Shown here: piece by piece, positions 29,474-42,258 of the stretch | Position numbering within the stretch: the first letter of the stretch is position 1 | How the letters are laid out: each line of letters begins with the position of its first letter | NCBI GenBank assembly: GCA_965203325.1 | Contig: OZ241875.1 | Location: forward strand, 3,584,001 to 3,648,000 | Length of the DNA: 64,000 nt | Reading direction: 5' to 3' | Origin: a bacterium | GTDB lineage: Bacteria; UBA8248 | Notes under the pieces: model-generated | Told to the model about the DNA's origin: nothing | Database searches by the model: none | The model's input: the letters and a program-made list of their open reading frames with translations, nothing else | Program-made: the position numbers and the translations under genes

Positions 29474-31447
29474 ATGGCCTCACGAGATTTCCTGAACATC
29501 ACCGAGCGGATCAGCGTACTGCCCGTCATCCACGGGTCGGGAGACTTTGCCGTCGAAGTGCGCGACAGGATTTTGCGGCTTGAACCCGATTGCGTTGCGA
29601 TTCCATTACCGCCGTCTTTTCAGGATGAAGTTGAAGCGGGTGTGGATGAACTCCCGTACGTCTCTATGGTGTCGGTGAATGAAGATGCCCCATCATATTT
29701 CAGAGATGATGAAAGAGTATTTGATGAGCCATGGGAGCAGTCCTCACAGCCGGAAGATGATTTCGGTGCTGAAGAAGACTTGGTGGCGGATGAAACAAAT
29801 TTATCTTCTTATAATTATGTCCCCATCGACCCTTGCCAACCCGTGATTTCCGCCCTCAGGGTAGCGATGGGGGAGCGCATTCCCAGAGTCTTCATTGATT
29901 TGGAAGTAGAGCGTTTTCAGCAGGATATTCATACGCTGCCGGATCCGTATGCGCTGAAAAAAGTGCCGATGGAGGCTTTCGCCGCATCTCTTTTGACGGC
30001 GGCTCCCAAGCCCACGGCTTCCTCGCAGCGCGCCGCGAGAATCCGCTGGATGGCCAACACCTTGCTCGAGCTCGAAGCGCGATACAAGCGCATCGTCTTG
30101 GTATGTTCCGCTTTGGATTGGCCCTGGATTCGCTCGGTTTGCCGAGAAGGGTCATCCGGTGGGGATGAATTATTCAAGCTCCACCTGGGTGCGTCTCTTA
30201 ATCCGCCCCGAAGGTATGGGGTATCGGAAGATACCCTGGCTTTCCTCTTGGGGGAGTTTCCCTACCAGACGTATTTGTACGAAAGAAACCGCGAAGAATT
30301 CTTGGGGGACTCCAACCTTTCCATCGACGGCGTCAAGGAACTGCTCCTGGAGGCGAGAGCGTCGTGGTTGAGAGAACATCGGCCGGCGCAGAACTGGGTG
30401 ACGCCTCAAAGACTCCAGATATTCTTGCAATATGTCCGCAATCTGACGCTTCAGGGAAGGAGGCTGACGCCAGATTTATTCACGCTCGTCCTCGCCGCCA
30501 AGCAGACCGCGGGCGATGCTTTCGCCTTGGCGATATTGGAAGTCGCGCGAGAATACCCCTATCAGCGTGAAGCCCCGGGATTTAATGAAGACGATTTTGT
30601 CCACGTTGGCGTGGATCGTGCGGTATTCCCGAATGGAGACGTTGGGACGCTCAAGAGCCGCCTGGGCGGCTCAGCCGTCACTTGGAGGAGTATTTCTCTC
30701 AAACCGAAGCCTACTCCGTTTGAAAAGCAGAAATGGGCCCAGAGGTGGAATCCGTTTGGCATGTGTTCCTGGCCACCGGAAGATGACGCCATAGAGAGCT
30801 TTCATACCCATGTGCGTGAGCAGGCCAAGGCGCTCTTGGGAGAGGATTTGGCACGCACCGAGAAATTCACGACATCGATAAAAGATGGCCTCGATATCAG
30901 GGAAACGCTTCGCAACTGGCATACGGGCGATCTCTATGTAAAAGAAATTCCCCCGGCGCGAGGAAATCTGGAGGTCGTCGTCTTTTTGTTCGATACGCCT
31001 GCCGATTCCGGGAAGTACTCCTGGCGTACGATGTGGTATGCGGAACATGATGAGGAATCAACTCTTTGCATGTATGCGACCCCATTTGAGAACAACTTGG
31101 TGGGGCCGGGAATAGCGGAATCTCAGTATGGCGGAGCATTTTTTGTTTTTCCTCCCAGATATATCGAGGATGTCTGGCGGGATTCGCGCTTTCACTACAC
31201 CAAGACATTGGAGGAGCGATTGATCGCAGGGGCGTGTTTTCACTCGCAAGAGCGCTTCATCGCCTTGGTGAGCCCACAACCACCTAACTCACGCTGGCGG
31301 CAGATTGCGCGGTTGTATAAGAAGCATTTGATTCACATTCCCATTGGTCGATTTTCTGGAGAAACAATCGCCCGAATCCGTCGTTTTCATGTTCTGAACG
31401 GGAAAAATATCAGAAGCTATGCCGCGCGGTTCATCCGGGAAAAGTAA
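29474..31447 (+). CDS. Hypothetical 657-aa partner of the MoxR ATPase
   Basis: Starts 3 bp after ATPase stop; N-terminus resembles TraB/YehM-like fold, C-half has GLDIRETLRN motif. Confidence 0.75.
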   Translation: MASRDFLNITERISVLPVIHGSGDFAVEVRDRILRLEPDCVAIPLPPSFQDEVEAGVDELPYVSMVSVNEDAPSYFRDDERVFDEPWEQSSQPEDDFGAEEDLVADETNLSSYNYVPIDPCQPVISALRVAMGERIPRVFIDLEVERFQQDIHTLPDPYALKKVPMEAFAASLLTAAPKPTASSQRAARIRWMANTLLELEARYKRIVLVCSALDWPWIRSVCREGSSGGDELFKLHLGASLNPPRRYGVSEDTLAFLLGEFPYQTYLYERNREEFLGDSNLSIDGVKELLLEARASWLREHRPAQNWVTPQRLQIFLQYVRNLTLQGRRLTPDLFTLVLAAKQTAGDAFALAILEVAREYPYQREAPGFNEDDFVHVGVDRAVFPNGDVGTLKSRLGGSAVTWRSISLKPKPTPFEKQKWAQRWNPFGMCSWPPEDDAIESFHTHVREQAKALLGEDLARTEKFTTSIKDGLDIRETLRNWHTGDLYVKEIPPARGNLEVVVFLFDTPADSGKYSWRTMWYAEHDEESTLCMYATPFENNLVGPGIAESQYGGAFFVFPPRYIEDVWRDSRFHYTKTLEERLIAGACFHSQERFIALVSPQPPNSRWRQIARLYKKHLIHIPIGRFSGETIARIRRFHVLNGKNIRSYAARFIREK

Positions 31448-31580
31448 TCCTTGTGGTTTTCTTGAGATTAGCTTGTTTTGGAACGCGGGAAGGGGACGGG
31501 GAGTCAAGCTGTTGAACATCTGGTAGACTCCAGGAGTCGTTTCATTGAAAATAACCCACTCCCATAAAGGAGTTATAATA

Positions 31581-31916
31581 ATGAATGTCCAGGAACTCAT
31601 AGCGAGATTTCCCGAAATACCGGCGGATTTACATCATGAGGAAATCCTGTCCCGATTTGCAGATGTTTTTGGGGGACCTCTTTCCATCGCTCAAAAACCT
31701 TCTGCGTGCTCTACGGAGCATGACGCTGCAAACCATTACTATATGAAGCTTGTAAACCCGATGGGCATATATCGTCTGGGACTGATGAAACGCGAGATGC
31801 TGCTCTCACAAATCGCTGAACTGATTGAAAAGCAAGAAATGGACACGAATTTTGCCGAGACGCTCGTTCCATCTGTTGTTGCGGCGAGTGAGGTCAGGGG
31901 TCCTGGCTGCGGATAA
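31581..31916 (+). CDS. Small hypothetical protein
   Basis: AAGGAG SD, 111 aa, followed by terminator-like hairpin. Confidence 0.7.
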   Translation: MNVQELIARFPEIPADLHHEEILSRFADVFGGPLSIAQKPSACSTEHDAANHYYMKLVNPMGIYRLGLMKREMLLSQIAELIEKQEMDTNFAETLVPSVVAASEVRGPGCG

Positions 31917-31930
31917 GCATTGCGCATGTA

Positions 31931-31969
31931 GAAATTCCCTCACTCTTTTATGGGTGAGGGATTTTCTTT
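31931..31969 (+). terminator. Intrinsic terminator
   Basis: GAAATTCCCTCACTC / GGGTGAGGGATTTTC hairpin then TTT. Confidence 0.55.
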
Positions 31970-32009
31970 GCGCGCTGGAAATAGTCAATTCATGATGCGG
32001 GTCTGATAT

Positions 32010-32936
32010 ATGCAGGTTGTCTCCAAAATTGATCTTGTGGGCGCATTCGCAAAGGGTTTCTTCGACGCACCGGATGAAGCAAAAATCATCGGTGTGTTTC
32101 GCCGAAGTTTCTATGCAGAAAATACATTCGGGCAGGTCGCGTGTATCGGAGAACGGGGTATCGGGCCGGGTCCCCTGAATGCGCTTTGTGAATTTTCCGA
32201 AAATGTGGATTTTACTGAAATCATTGGTGTCGGAAGTCCTGTCAGGCTCCGGAATCGTTCGATTCGTCTTGGCCCCAAGGTGAAGATCGACGCGTCCCGC
32301 CCGATGGCGTGGGAGCCGGAACCACTACCTGACGGCTGGGATTTGGAGTTTTTTATGGGAAATCTCTCGTTTCTTGTTCAGTGGATAGCCGAAACAGGCC
32401 CTCGGGAGGGTTTGGCGCCACTCATTGAACACATCGTGAGTGGCGAGGAATTTTCAAATAAAGGGGCATTTCAAACAGTCTCCTGGAAGGGAATTGCGGA
32501 TTTTGGGCACTGGCTTTCGCATTCGTTGAATGGGGAGAAAAACCTTGAATTTCCCGCCTCCGCCCGCAGGCTCGTAGGCCTCGGTCCGGGACTCACGCCG
32601 TCGGGGGATGATTTTTGGTGTGGTGTGATGATAGCGTTGCGCGCCGTGGGCTGTTCGGACATTTTGGGAAAAGTCTCCGGCAGCGTCTTGAAACTGGCTG
32701 AAGAACGGACGAACAAGATCAGTCGCGCACATATGGAGTGCGCGGCCGGAGGCCAGGGAGCGCAGGCCCTGCATGAGACGATTTCGGCGATGGGGATGGC
32801 GGATGAAGCGCGCTTGCGTTCCGCTTTGCGTGAGTTGGACAAAATAGGACACAGCTCGGGCTGGGATTCTCTGGCCGGTGTCGTTTGCGTCCTGGAATCC
32901 GTGGCGTCATGGAAGGGCCGCCGGATTCTGGCATGA
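32010..32936 (+). CDS. DUF2877 family protein
   Basis: LVGLGPGLTPSGDDF, RTNKIS, IGHSSGWDSLAG motifs. Confidence 0.8.
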   Translation: MQVVSKIDLVGAFAKGFFDAPDEAKIIGVFRRSFYAENTFGQVACIGERGIGPGPLNALCEFSENVDFTEIIGVGSPVRLRNRSIRLGPKVKIDASRPMAWEPEPLPDGWDLEFFMGNLSFLVQWIAETGPREGLAPLIEHIVSGEEFSNKGAFQTVSWKGIADFGHWLSHSLNGEKNLEFPASARRLVGLGPGLTPSGDDFWCGVMIALRAVGCSDILGKVSGSVLKLAEERTNKISRAHMECAAGGQGAQALHETISAMGMADEARLRSALRELDKIGHSSGWDSLAGVVCVLESVASWKGRRILA

Positions 32937-32955
32937 ATTTCCTGGAGCGTGGTTG

Positions 32956-33852
32956 ATGAGCAAGGTAGCCGTGGTGGGGGCTGGCGCCATAGGCGGCGTG
33001 TTCGGGGTGCGGTTATGCCACTCGGACAGGCACGACGTTACGCTGTGTGTGCGAAAGCCCATCGACAGACTCGTGGTGGAAACGCCCGATTCCGTCATCG
33101 AATCACCGGTGAAGTGCGTCACCTCTCCCTCCGAGGTAGAGCCCGTGGACTGCGTTCTCCTGGCGGTGAAGGGGCATCAGGTGGCGGACGTCGCGGGTTG
33201 GCTGGAGACTCTCGTTGGTGAGGATACCATCGTCGCCGTTTTACAGAACGGCGTGGAGCATAGAGAACGAGTGGAGCCGTACGCCCGGGGGGCGGAGGTC
33301 GTTCCGGTCGTGGTGAATTGTCCGGCGGACAGGCTGGCTCCCGGCCACGTGGCGCAGCAGGGGGGTGCCCAGCTCGTGCCCGAAGATGGCCGGGGGGCGC
33401 GATTTCTCGCGTCCCTTTATGAGGGCACGGATGTTCCGGTGAAGCCGACAACCGATTTCAAAACAGCCTCTTGGGCGAAGTTGTGCAACAACATCGGCGC
33501 AGGACCCGCCACCGCGCTGACGAACAAGGGTAGGGGGGTGCTGCATGAGCCGGAAGTCGCCGAACTCTGCCGCGGGCTCGTGCGCGAATGCGCCGCCGTG
33601 GGGAGAGCGGAGGGCGCGAAGCTGGCGGATGACGTCGCCGAGCGAACCATCGAGCGCTTACAGGATGCCGACCCGGAAGCCACCACCTCCATGCTCGTCG
33701 ACAGGCGCGCCGGGCGGCGGGTCGAGGCGGATGCCATGACGGGGGCGGTCGTTCGCATCGGCGCCAGGCACGGAATCCCCACGCCTCTGAACGCCGCGAT
33801 CCACGCCCTGCTGGGTTCTACCAATATAGATGTCATGAGAAAAACGAATTAA
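32956..33852 (+). CDS. panE: 2-dehydropantoate 2-reductase family
   Basis: VVGAGAIGG, LAVK, LQNGVEH, WAKLCNN, TSMLVD, GIPTP. Confidence 0.8.
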   Translation: MSKVAVVGAGAIGGVFGVRLCHSDRHDVTLCVRKPIDRLVVETPDSVIESPVKCVTSPSEVEPVDCVLLAVKGHQVADVAGWLETLVGEDTIVAVLQNGVEHRERVEPYARGAEVVPVVVNCPADRLAPGHVAQQGGAQLVPEDGRGARFLASLYEGTDVPVKPTTDFKTASWAKLCNNIGAGPATALTNKGRGVLHEPEVAELCRGLVRECAAVGRAEGAKLADDVAERTIERLQDADPEATTSMLVDRRAGRRVEADAMTGAVVRIGARHGIPTPLNAAIHALLGSTNIDVMRKTN

Positions 33853-34074
33853 ATATCAGTTAGTTATAGATTATTATTGAAGTGCCACGCGATGTCCGGC
33901 TCTCCCGGAAAAACCCCCGTTCAATCAGGCCCTTGCGCCCATGCAAAGCGCGCCCGGGTGAATTTCACCCCCGCAAATCCGCGCATTTGCCGTCATCGAG
34001 TGGAGCACGGGCCGTGGCAGAATTCCCCTACGCTTGGGTGCGGCGGCGGAATCCGGCTGTCACAACTGGTTTTC

Positions 34075-34210
34075 GCACGCGCATCTGCCCGCATTTGCGC
34101 ACATCGGGCCCCCGCTGTTGCCCGTATTTGCGCGCATTTCCCCTCGAAAATTTTCAGTAATTTATCGAAAAACCCCGTGAATTTATCGGAATTTATCGTA
34201 TTTTTCAGAA
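34075..34210. repeat. Short phased repeats; dispersed AT-rich repeat, copy 2
   Basis: Repeated GCATTTGC-like units 34079-34140 and AATTTATCG x3 (34159, 34180, 34190); 29-bp exact inverted match to 19638-19666. Confidence 0.8.
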
Positions 34211-34483
34211 ATTCGGGTTCGTCGAACGCGCCTGGCCGCTTCGATATTCTAGGTGAGTTCTCCTCGGGTCCCGTGACGGCAATTGCGGGGAGATGCGCCC
34301 TGCCGGCAGCCCTCTCGCATTATGGAAAACGCTTCGCTTCGTCAACTGCGCCCCGGCGTAGCGTCTTGCGTCGGTGTCGTGTCAAACGGAGCGGACGATC
34401 CCGAAAGAATCGGCTTGACTGACAGAACCCCGAACGTACAATTCCCTGCCGCTATACTTCCCGAGCCAGCATGAGGAGTTCTC

Positions 34484-34924
34484 ATGACGCTGACCATTCG
34501 CTCCCTGGCCGCCGCCGACGAATCCGATTGGCGCCGCCTGTGGACCGCTTATCTGGAGTTCTACGAATCCAGCGTACCCGAAGAGGTCTACCGGACTACC
34601 TTCGCCCGCCTTCTGGATCCGGCCCGCACGCAGCAGAACGGACTGCTCGCACTCAGGGACGGGCAGGCGGCGGGTCTGGTCCACTACATTTTTCACCCGC
34701 ACAACTGGCGGCTTGAGGACGTATGCTATCTCCAGGACCTCTACACCGATCCCGCCTTTCGCGGCGGGGGCGTAGGCCGGGCGCTGATCGAAGCGGTCTA
34801 TGCGGCGGCCGATGAGCGGGGCGCGCCGTCGGTCTACTGGCTCACGCAGGACTTCAACGAGACCGCCCGGGTGCTCTACGATCGCGTGGCGAACCTCACG
34901 CCGTTCATAAAGTACCAACGCTAG
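34484..34924 (+). CDS. GNAT-family N-acetyltransferase
   Basis: CYLQDLYT..FRGGGVGRALI, VYWLT..N..AR.LYD. Confidence 0.9.
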   Translation: MTLTIRSLAAADESDWRRLWTAYLEFYESSVPEEVYRTTFARLLDPARTQQNGLLALRDGQAAGLVHYIFHPHNWRLEDVCYLQDLYTDPAFRGGGVGRALIEAVYAAADERGAPSVYWLTQDFNETARVLYDRVANLTPFIKYQR

Positions 34925-35072
34925 GCGTTTGCCGGCTCAACCTCGCGGAGCATGAGCGGTGCGACAGGATTCGGGCCGCGAATCGGTTCGGTGATGCTGC
35001 GGGGCAAACCTGCTTTCCCGGATTACCCCGAAGTTCCCGAACCGAATCCGCCGAAACCCGTTGCCCTACACC

Positions 35073-35175
35073 CCTCACCCTGAGTAGCGGCGAAGCCGCG
35101 TATCGAAGGGCCTCTCCTGAGCCTGTCGAAGAGGCGCTCCCTCGATACGGCCCTTCGGGCCTACTCGGGATGAGG
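35073..35175. repeat. REP-like nested palindromic element
   Basis: CCTCACCCTGAGTAG/CTACTCGGGATGAGG outer arms, CGTATCGA/TCGATACG inner arms, small tetraloop hairpins. Confidence 0.7.
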
Positions 35176-35528
35176 TTTTGTGGCCGCCTGCGTGGGAGAA
35201 AAGGGAACTGCCGCGTAATCCGCCATACCACCCGCTCCTGAATCAGGCTTTTTCAACAACCCCCCACAAGGGGAAGTGCGAAAAAACCCAGGCGGAAATA
35301 AGAAGCCGTCAACGGAAGCATACCATTCCCCTGAAAATCTCCTCACGGGATTCGTCGGGGAACGATGCTTCCAGGAAAATTGCTCGGAAATTTTTCGCGA
35401 TCTCCTGTCTTCATCAATATGATGGGCGATATCGAACCCTGTGTGTAAAGAAAAAACCTCTTGAAATTCATCCCGATACGCGGTAAGGCTCATGAAGGGC
35501 GGTAATTTCAGCCGCTGAGCGAGGTGTC

Positions 35529-36638
35529 ATGACGAACGCCGATCAGGAACTGCGCAGAACCTCCCTGTATGAAACCCACAAGGCCGCAGGCGCCAAGATG
35601 GTTCCCTTCGCGGGCTACGAGATGCCCGTCCAGTACACGGGCGTGCTCGACGAACACAATGCGGTGCGCGAAGCCGCTGGCCTGTTCGACGTGAGCCACA
35701 TGGGCGAGTTCGAAGCGCGCGGAAAAGAGGCGGGCGCCTTCATCCACAAGATGGTCACGAACAACGTCAGGCGCCTCGATGTGGGCGGCGTCCTCTATGC
35801 GGCCATGTGCCGGGAGGCGGGCGGAATCGTGGACGACCTCACGGTCTACCGGCTCGAAGGGGAGCGCTACATGGCCGTCGTGAACGCGGCCAACATCGAA
35901 AAGGACTGGGAGTGGATGGCTTCCCGCCATATCGAGGACTGCGCGTTCGAAAACGTGAGCGAGGAGACGGGCCTCCTCGCCCTGCAAGGCCCCAAAGCCG
36001 AGGCTGTTTTAGGGAAACTGATTCCGGGCGGAGGGGACCTCCAAGCCATCCCCTATTACGGGGCGCGGTATCAGGACGTGGCGGGGTGTGAAGTTCTGGT
36101 CTCCCGCACGGGCTACACGGGAGAGGACGGCTTCGAACTCTACTGCAAATCGGCCGATGCGCCCGCTCTGTGGAGTGCGCTCATGAGCGAGGGCGGGAGC
36201 GAGGGTCTCAAGCCCTGCGGCCTCGGCGCGCGGGATACCCTGCGCACCGAGATGAAATACGCCCTGTACGGAAACGACATCGACGAGTCCACCCATCCGC
36301 TCGAGGCGGGCCTCGGCTGGGTGGTGAAGTACAAGGCGGGGGATTTCATCGGCCGCGAGAAACTGCTGGCCTTGAAGGCCGAAGGCGTAAAGCGAAAACT
36401 GGTTGGATTCGAGATGGTGGATCGTGGTATTCCTCGTCATGGAGCGCCCATCCTGATCGAGGGCGAAGTGGCCGGCGAGGTGACGAGCGGGACGATGAGC
36501 CCCTCTCTTGGCAAAGCCATCGGGATAGGCTACGTTCCTGCGTCGAATGCGGATGTGGGCGACGCGCTCGAAATCGACATTCGCGGCAAGGCCAGAAGGG
36601 CGCAGATTGTGAAGACGCCTTTTTACAGGAAAAGCTGA
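35529..36638 (+). CDS. gcvT: Glycine cleavage aminomethyltransferase T
   Basis: FAGYEMPVQY, LFDVSHMGE, SRTGYTGEDGFE, GLGARDTLR. Confidence 0.97.
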   Translation: MTNADQELRRTSLYETHKAAGAKMVPFAGYEMPVQYTGVLDEHNAVREAAGLFDVSHMGEFEARGKEAGAFIHKMVTNNVRRLDVGGVLYAAMCREAGGIVDDLTVYRLEGERYMAVVNAANIEKDWEWMASRHIEDCAFENVSEETGLLALQGPKAEAVLGKLIPGGGDLQAIPYYGARYQDVAGCEVLVSRTGYTGEDGFELYCKSADAPALWSALMSEGGSEGLKPCGLGARDTLRTEMKYALYGNDIDESTHPLEAGLGWVVKYKAGDFIGREKLLALKAEGVKRKLVGFEMVDRGIPRHGAPILIEGEVAGEVTSGTMSPSLGKAIGIGYVPASNADVGDALEIDIRGKARRAQIVKTPFYRKS

Positions 36639-36710
36639 CGGAATGAATTCCGTTTTCTCATAACGACTCATAAGAAGCTGCCGTTATCCAAAAGGGAGGC
36701 ATTCAGGAGC

Positions 36711-37100
36711 ATGGAACTACCGAGCGGCCTCAAATATTCCAGAGAGCATGAGTGGGTGAGAGTAGAGGGAAACATCGCGGTGATTGGGATCACGGATTTC
36801 GCCCAATCGGAACTGGGAGACGTGGTGTACGTCGAACTGCCCGAAGGCGGCACGGAGGTGGAGGCGAACAACACGTTCGGCGTCGTGGAGAGCGTCAAGG
36901 CGGTATCGGACCTGTTCGCGCCGGTCTCGGGCGTCGTCGTCGAGGCGAACACCACGCTCGAAGATCAGCCCGAGCTCGTGAACTCGGAGCCCTATGAAGA
37001 CGGCTGGATGATTCGGGTGGAGATGAAAGACGAGTCGGAGTTGAACGATCTCCTGGAAGCCGATTCGTACCGGGCGTACGTCGAGGAGGAAAGCGGTTAG
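36711..37100 (+). CDS. gcvH: Glycine cleavage H protein
   Basis: HEW, GITDFAQ, VESVKA lipoyl-lysine, [10 protein letters not shown]. Confidence 0.97.
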   Translation: MELPSGLKYSREHEWVRVEGNIAVIGITDFAQSELGDVVYVELPEGGTEVEANNTFGVVESVKAVSDLFAPVSGVVVEANTTLEDQPELVNSEPYEDGWMIRVEMKDESELNDLLEADSYRAYVEEESG

Positions 37101-37206
37101 CCCATACCGGTTCACTCCTTGGCGCCGGAGGGAGTTTTCATCTCCCGTGAGCCGGGGCGGAAACATGGTGTCCGCCTGAATCCCCATAACCTGAAGGGGC
37201 GCATTC

Positions 37207-40095
<2,889 letters not shown>

Positions 40096-40097
40096 GA

Positions 40098-40946
40098 ATG
40101 GAACCGGCAAATCCTGAACAGCAACAAATTCCCCACGCACGCTTCTTGAACACGGGTGAGTCCACCGCCGCATGGAACATGGCGGTGGACGAGTTGTTGT
40201 TCGAGGGTTGCCGGGCGCATCTGGGAGAAGGCCGTCCTCCCGAGGAGGCGCCTCTCACATTTCGCGTCTACGCCTGGTCGCCTCCGGCCATCTCCCTGGG
40301 CCGCGGTCAGAACGCCGAGCGCGATATTTTCCTGGAACGGCTCACCGATGAGGGAATCGACATCTGCCGGAGGCTCACCGGCGGGCGCGCGGTGCTCCAT
40401 GATTGCGAGTTGACGTATTCCGTCACCGGCCCGCAGGTTCTTTTGGGTGACGCGATCGAGGAAACCTACCGCAGAATCAGCCTGGGGCTGGCCGAAGGGC
40501 TGGCGGCCCTGGGCGCGCCGGTCGAATTGGCGCCCCCGAGCGGGAGCGCGTACGCCTCGCAGGGTTCCTGTTTCGCCACGGCGTCGGTGTGGGAGCTTGC
40601 GATTGACGGGAAAAAGATGGTGGGCAGCGCGCAATGCCGCGAGGGCGGCGCGGTGTTGCAGCACGGCAGCGTCCTGCTCCGCTCCTCGGAGGAGCGGCTG
40701 GCGAGTCTCCTCAAACCGAGGGGAGCCGAGCGCCTGCTCTCCGGCCATGCCCACGCGGCCGGTCTATGGGAGGTTCTGGGCGAGGAAATCTCGTTCCATG
40801 AGGTGGCCGAAGCCTTGAAGGCGGGTTTGGAGAAAGTGTCGGGTTTTCGCTTTCTCCCGAATCCGCTGACGAGTACCGAGAATGCGAGGGCGCTGGAAAT
40901 ATCCCGGTCTCGGTATGAAAACCGGGAATGGACGCTGGCGAGGTAA
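40098..40946 (+). CDS. Lipoate-protein ligase / octanoyltransferase (LipM/LplA-like)
   Basis: NMAVDE, RRLTGGRAVLH, CF, KKMVGSAQ, LQHGS; directly after gcvP. Confidence 0.85.
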   Translation: MEPANPEQQQIPHARFLNTGESTAAWNMAVDELLFEGCRAHLGEGRPPEEAPLTFRVYAWSPPAISLGRGQNAERDIFLERLTDEGIDICRRLTGGRAVLHDCELTYSVTGPQVLLGDAIEETYRRISLGLAEGLAALGAPVELAPPSGSAYASQGSCFATASVWELAIDGKKMVGSAQCREGGAVLQHGSVLLRSSEERLASLLKPRGAERLLSGHAHAAGLWEVLGEEISFHEVAEALKAGLEKVSGFRFLPNPLTSTENARALEISRSRYENREWTLAR

Positions 40947-40972
40947 CGAGGCGCTCACCGCTTGGTCGTGTC

Positions 40973-41431
40973 TCAGTTTGAAATATTTGGCAATTCGTAC
41001 TTGTTTATATCCCCGTTACTTTGGATGCCGGCAATGAATGGCGGGTCGTTTGATTCCAGGAAATGCTCTATTTTACTTTTCCCTTGTACAAGAGAATGTA
41101 GAATGTAATCAGAATGAGCATTTCTCATTCTCGCTATAAACACCCGACTTGAATAAATTTGCACGTAGGATAAAAAGGTTCTTCTGTGCCTGGCGCTATT
41201 GTCTCTTGTAAGAATTACCCAATTTCTCTGTGAGGCAAATTCGATCCATTCTTCATCCGGCGCATCTTGTTCAAAAAAATCGTCATGAACCTCACATCTA
41301 TATCCAGCCGCTTTCATGCCGTTTGCGAGATAAATCCCGCCAATACATCGGTCAATGAAGAAAACGGGACTTTCAGTATTTTGGTTTGGAATATAACTCA
41401 AATCGGATGGCTTCTTTGATGGCTTTGACAC
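40973..41431 (-). CDS. PIN-like toxin (VapC45-like)
   Basis: FFIDRC, HDDFF..DAPDEEWI...NWVILTRD; overlaps upstream DUF433 gene. Confidence 0.75.
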   Translation of the reverse strand: MSKPSKKPSDLSYIPNQNTESPVFFIDRCIGGIYLANGMKAAGYRCEVHDDFFEQDAPDEEWIEFASQRNWVILTRDNSARHRRTFLSYVQIYSSRVFIARMRNAHSDYILHSLVQGKSKIEHFLESNDPPFIAGIQSNGDINKYELPNISN

Positions 41432-42065
41432 TACATTTATAATCGCGCGAAAGCCTTATTTCCGACTCTCCGTACTGATACCTTTCTGCAACGATGCTTA
41501 TCGGTGCTCCAGTGCCGCGAATGACTGGACGCCCAAAAGAAACCCTGGGGTCTATTACTATGTTTTTGGTTGAATCAGGTGTCGGCTCGCCTCCCATGAA
41601 TGGATAGAGTCTTGTCGGAATACCGAACTCATCGAATTCTATTCGACGCAAAACCAACCCCAAGAGATCGTGCATGGTTGTCTGTCCCGATTTGCTCGCA
41701 TTTACAACAAGGCCGAGTTCTTTCACGAATATGTGCCTCTGATCTGTGTCCACATAAATTCTTTTTGAGGCCAAAGGATACATTCGCTCATCTTCATTTG
41801 TCGCATGTTGCTTCAAGTACTTGATGGCCAAATGAATGTTTTTGGGTTTGATGTGATGCTTTTTTCTGATCGTATTAAGTAAATACAACTCCGTTAGATG
41901 CAGGAAAGACAAGGACCTGTTGTTTTTTTTGTCAATTTGAAAAATAGGGTACTTCGGATCTCCTTTCACCCAACTTAAAATCGTTGTATAAGGCGCACGG
42001 ATATACTTGGAGGCTTCCGGGATGGTGTAATTACCCATCCTGCGAGGTTCAACTTCCACAGTCAT
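41373..42065 (-). CDS. HTH + DUF433 antitoxin (VapB45-like)
   Basis: YTIPEASKYI HTH, LSFLHLTE, IVIDPRVSFGRPVIRGT...YGES. Confidence 0.8.
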   Translation of the reverse strand: MTVEVEPRRMGNYTIPEASKYIRAPYTTILSWVKGDPKYPIFQIDKKNNRSLSFLHLTELYLLNTIRKKHHIKPKNIHLAIKYLKQHATNEDERMYPLASKRIYVDTDQRHIFVKELGLVVNASKSGQTTMHDLLGLVLRRIEFDEFGIPTRLYPFMGGEPTPDSTKNIVIDPRVSFGRPVIRGTGAPISIVAERYQYGESEIRLSRDYKCSVKAIKEAIRFELYSKPKY

Positions 42066-42258
42066 GAATATCCCAACCCTTTTCCTGAAACCTGAAACAC
42101 TTTTTTCCCTGGGTGAATGCTAGCATGGCTCCGATTGCTTCTCAATCAATCCCGCAATCCACTCCATGCAGTAGGGCCGGGGCGCGAGCCCCGCGGTCGG
42201 TCCGAAGATTCAAACGCAGACACTACCTACCGCTTGTATTATTTTAGCTTCCATTTCC

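Noticed and set aside
35260..35528. Glycine riboswitch upstream of gcvT
   Set aside because: No GGAGA..CCGAAG..CTCTCAGG aptamer pattern found
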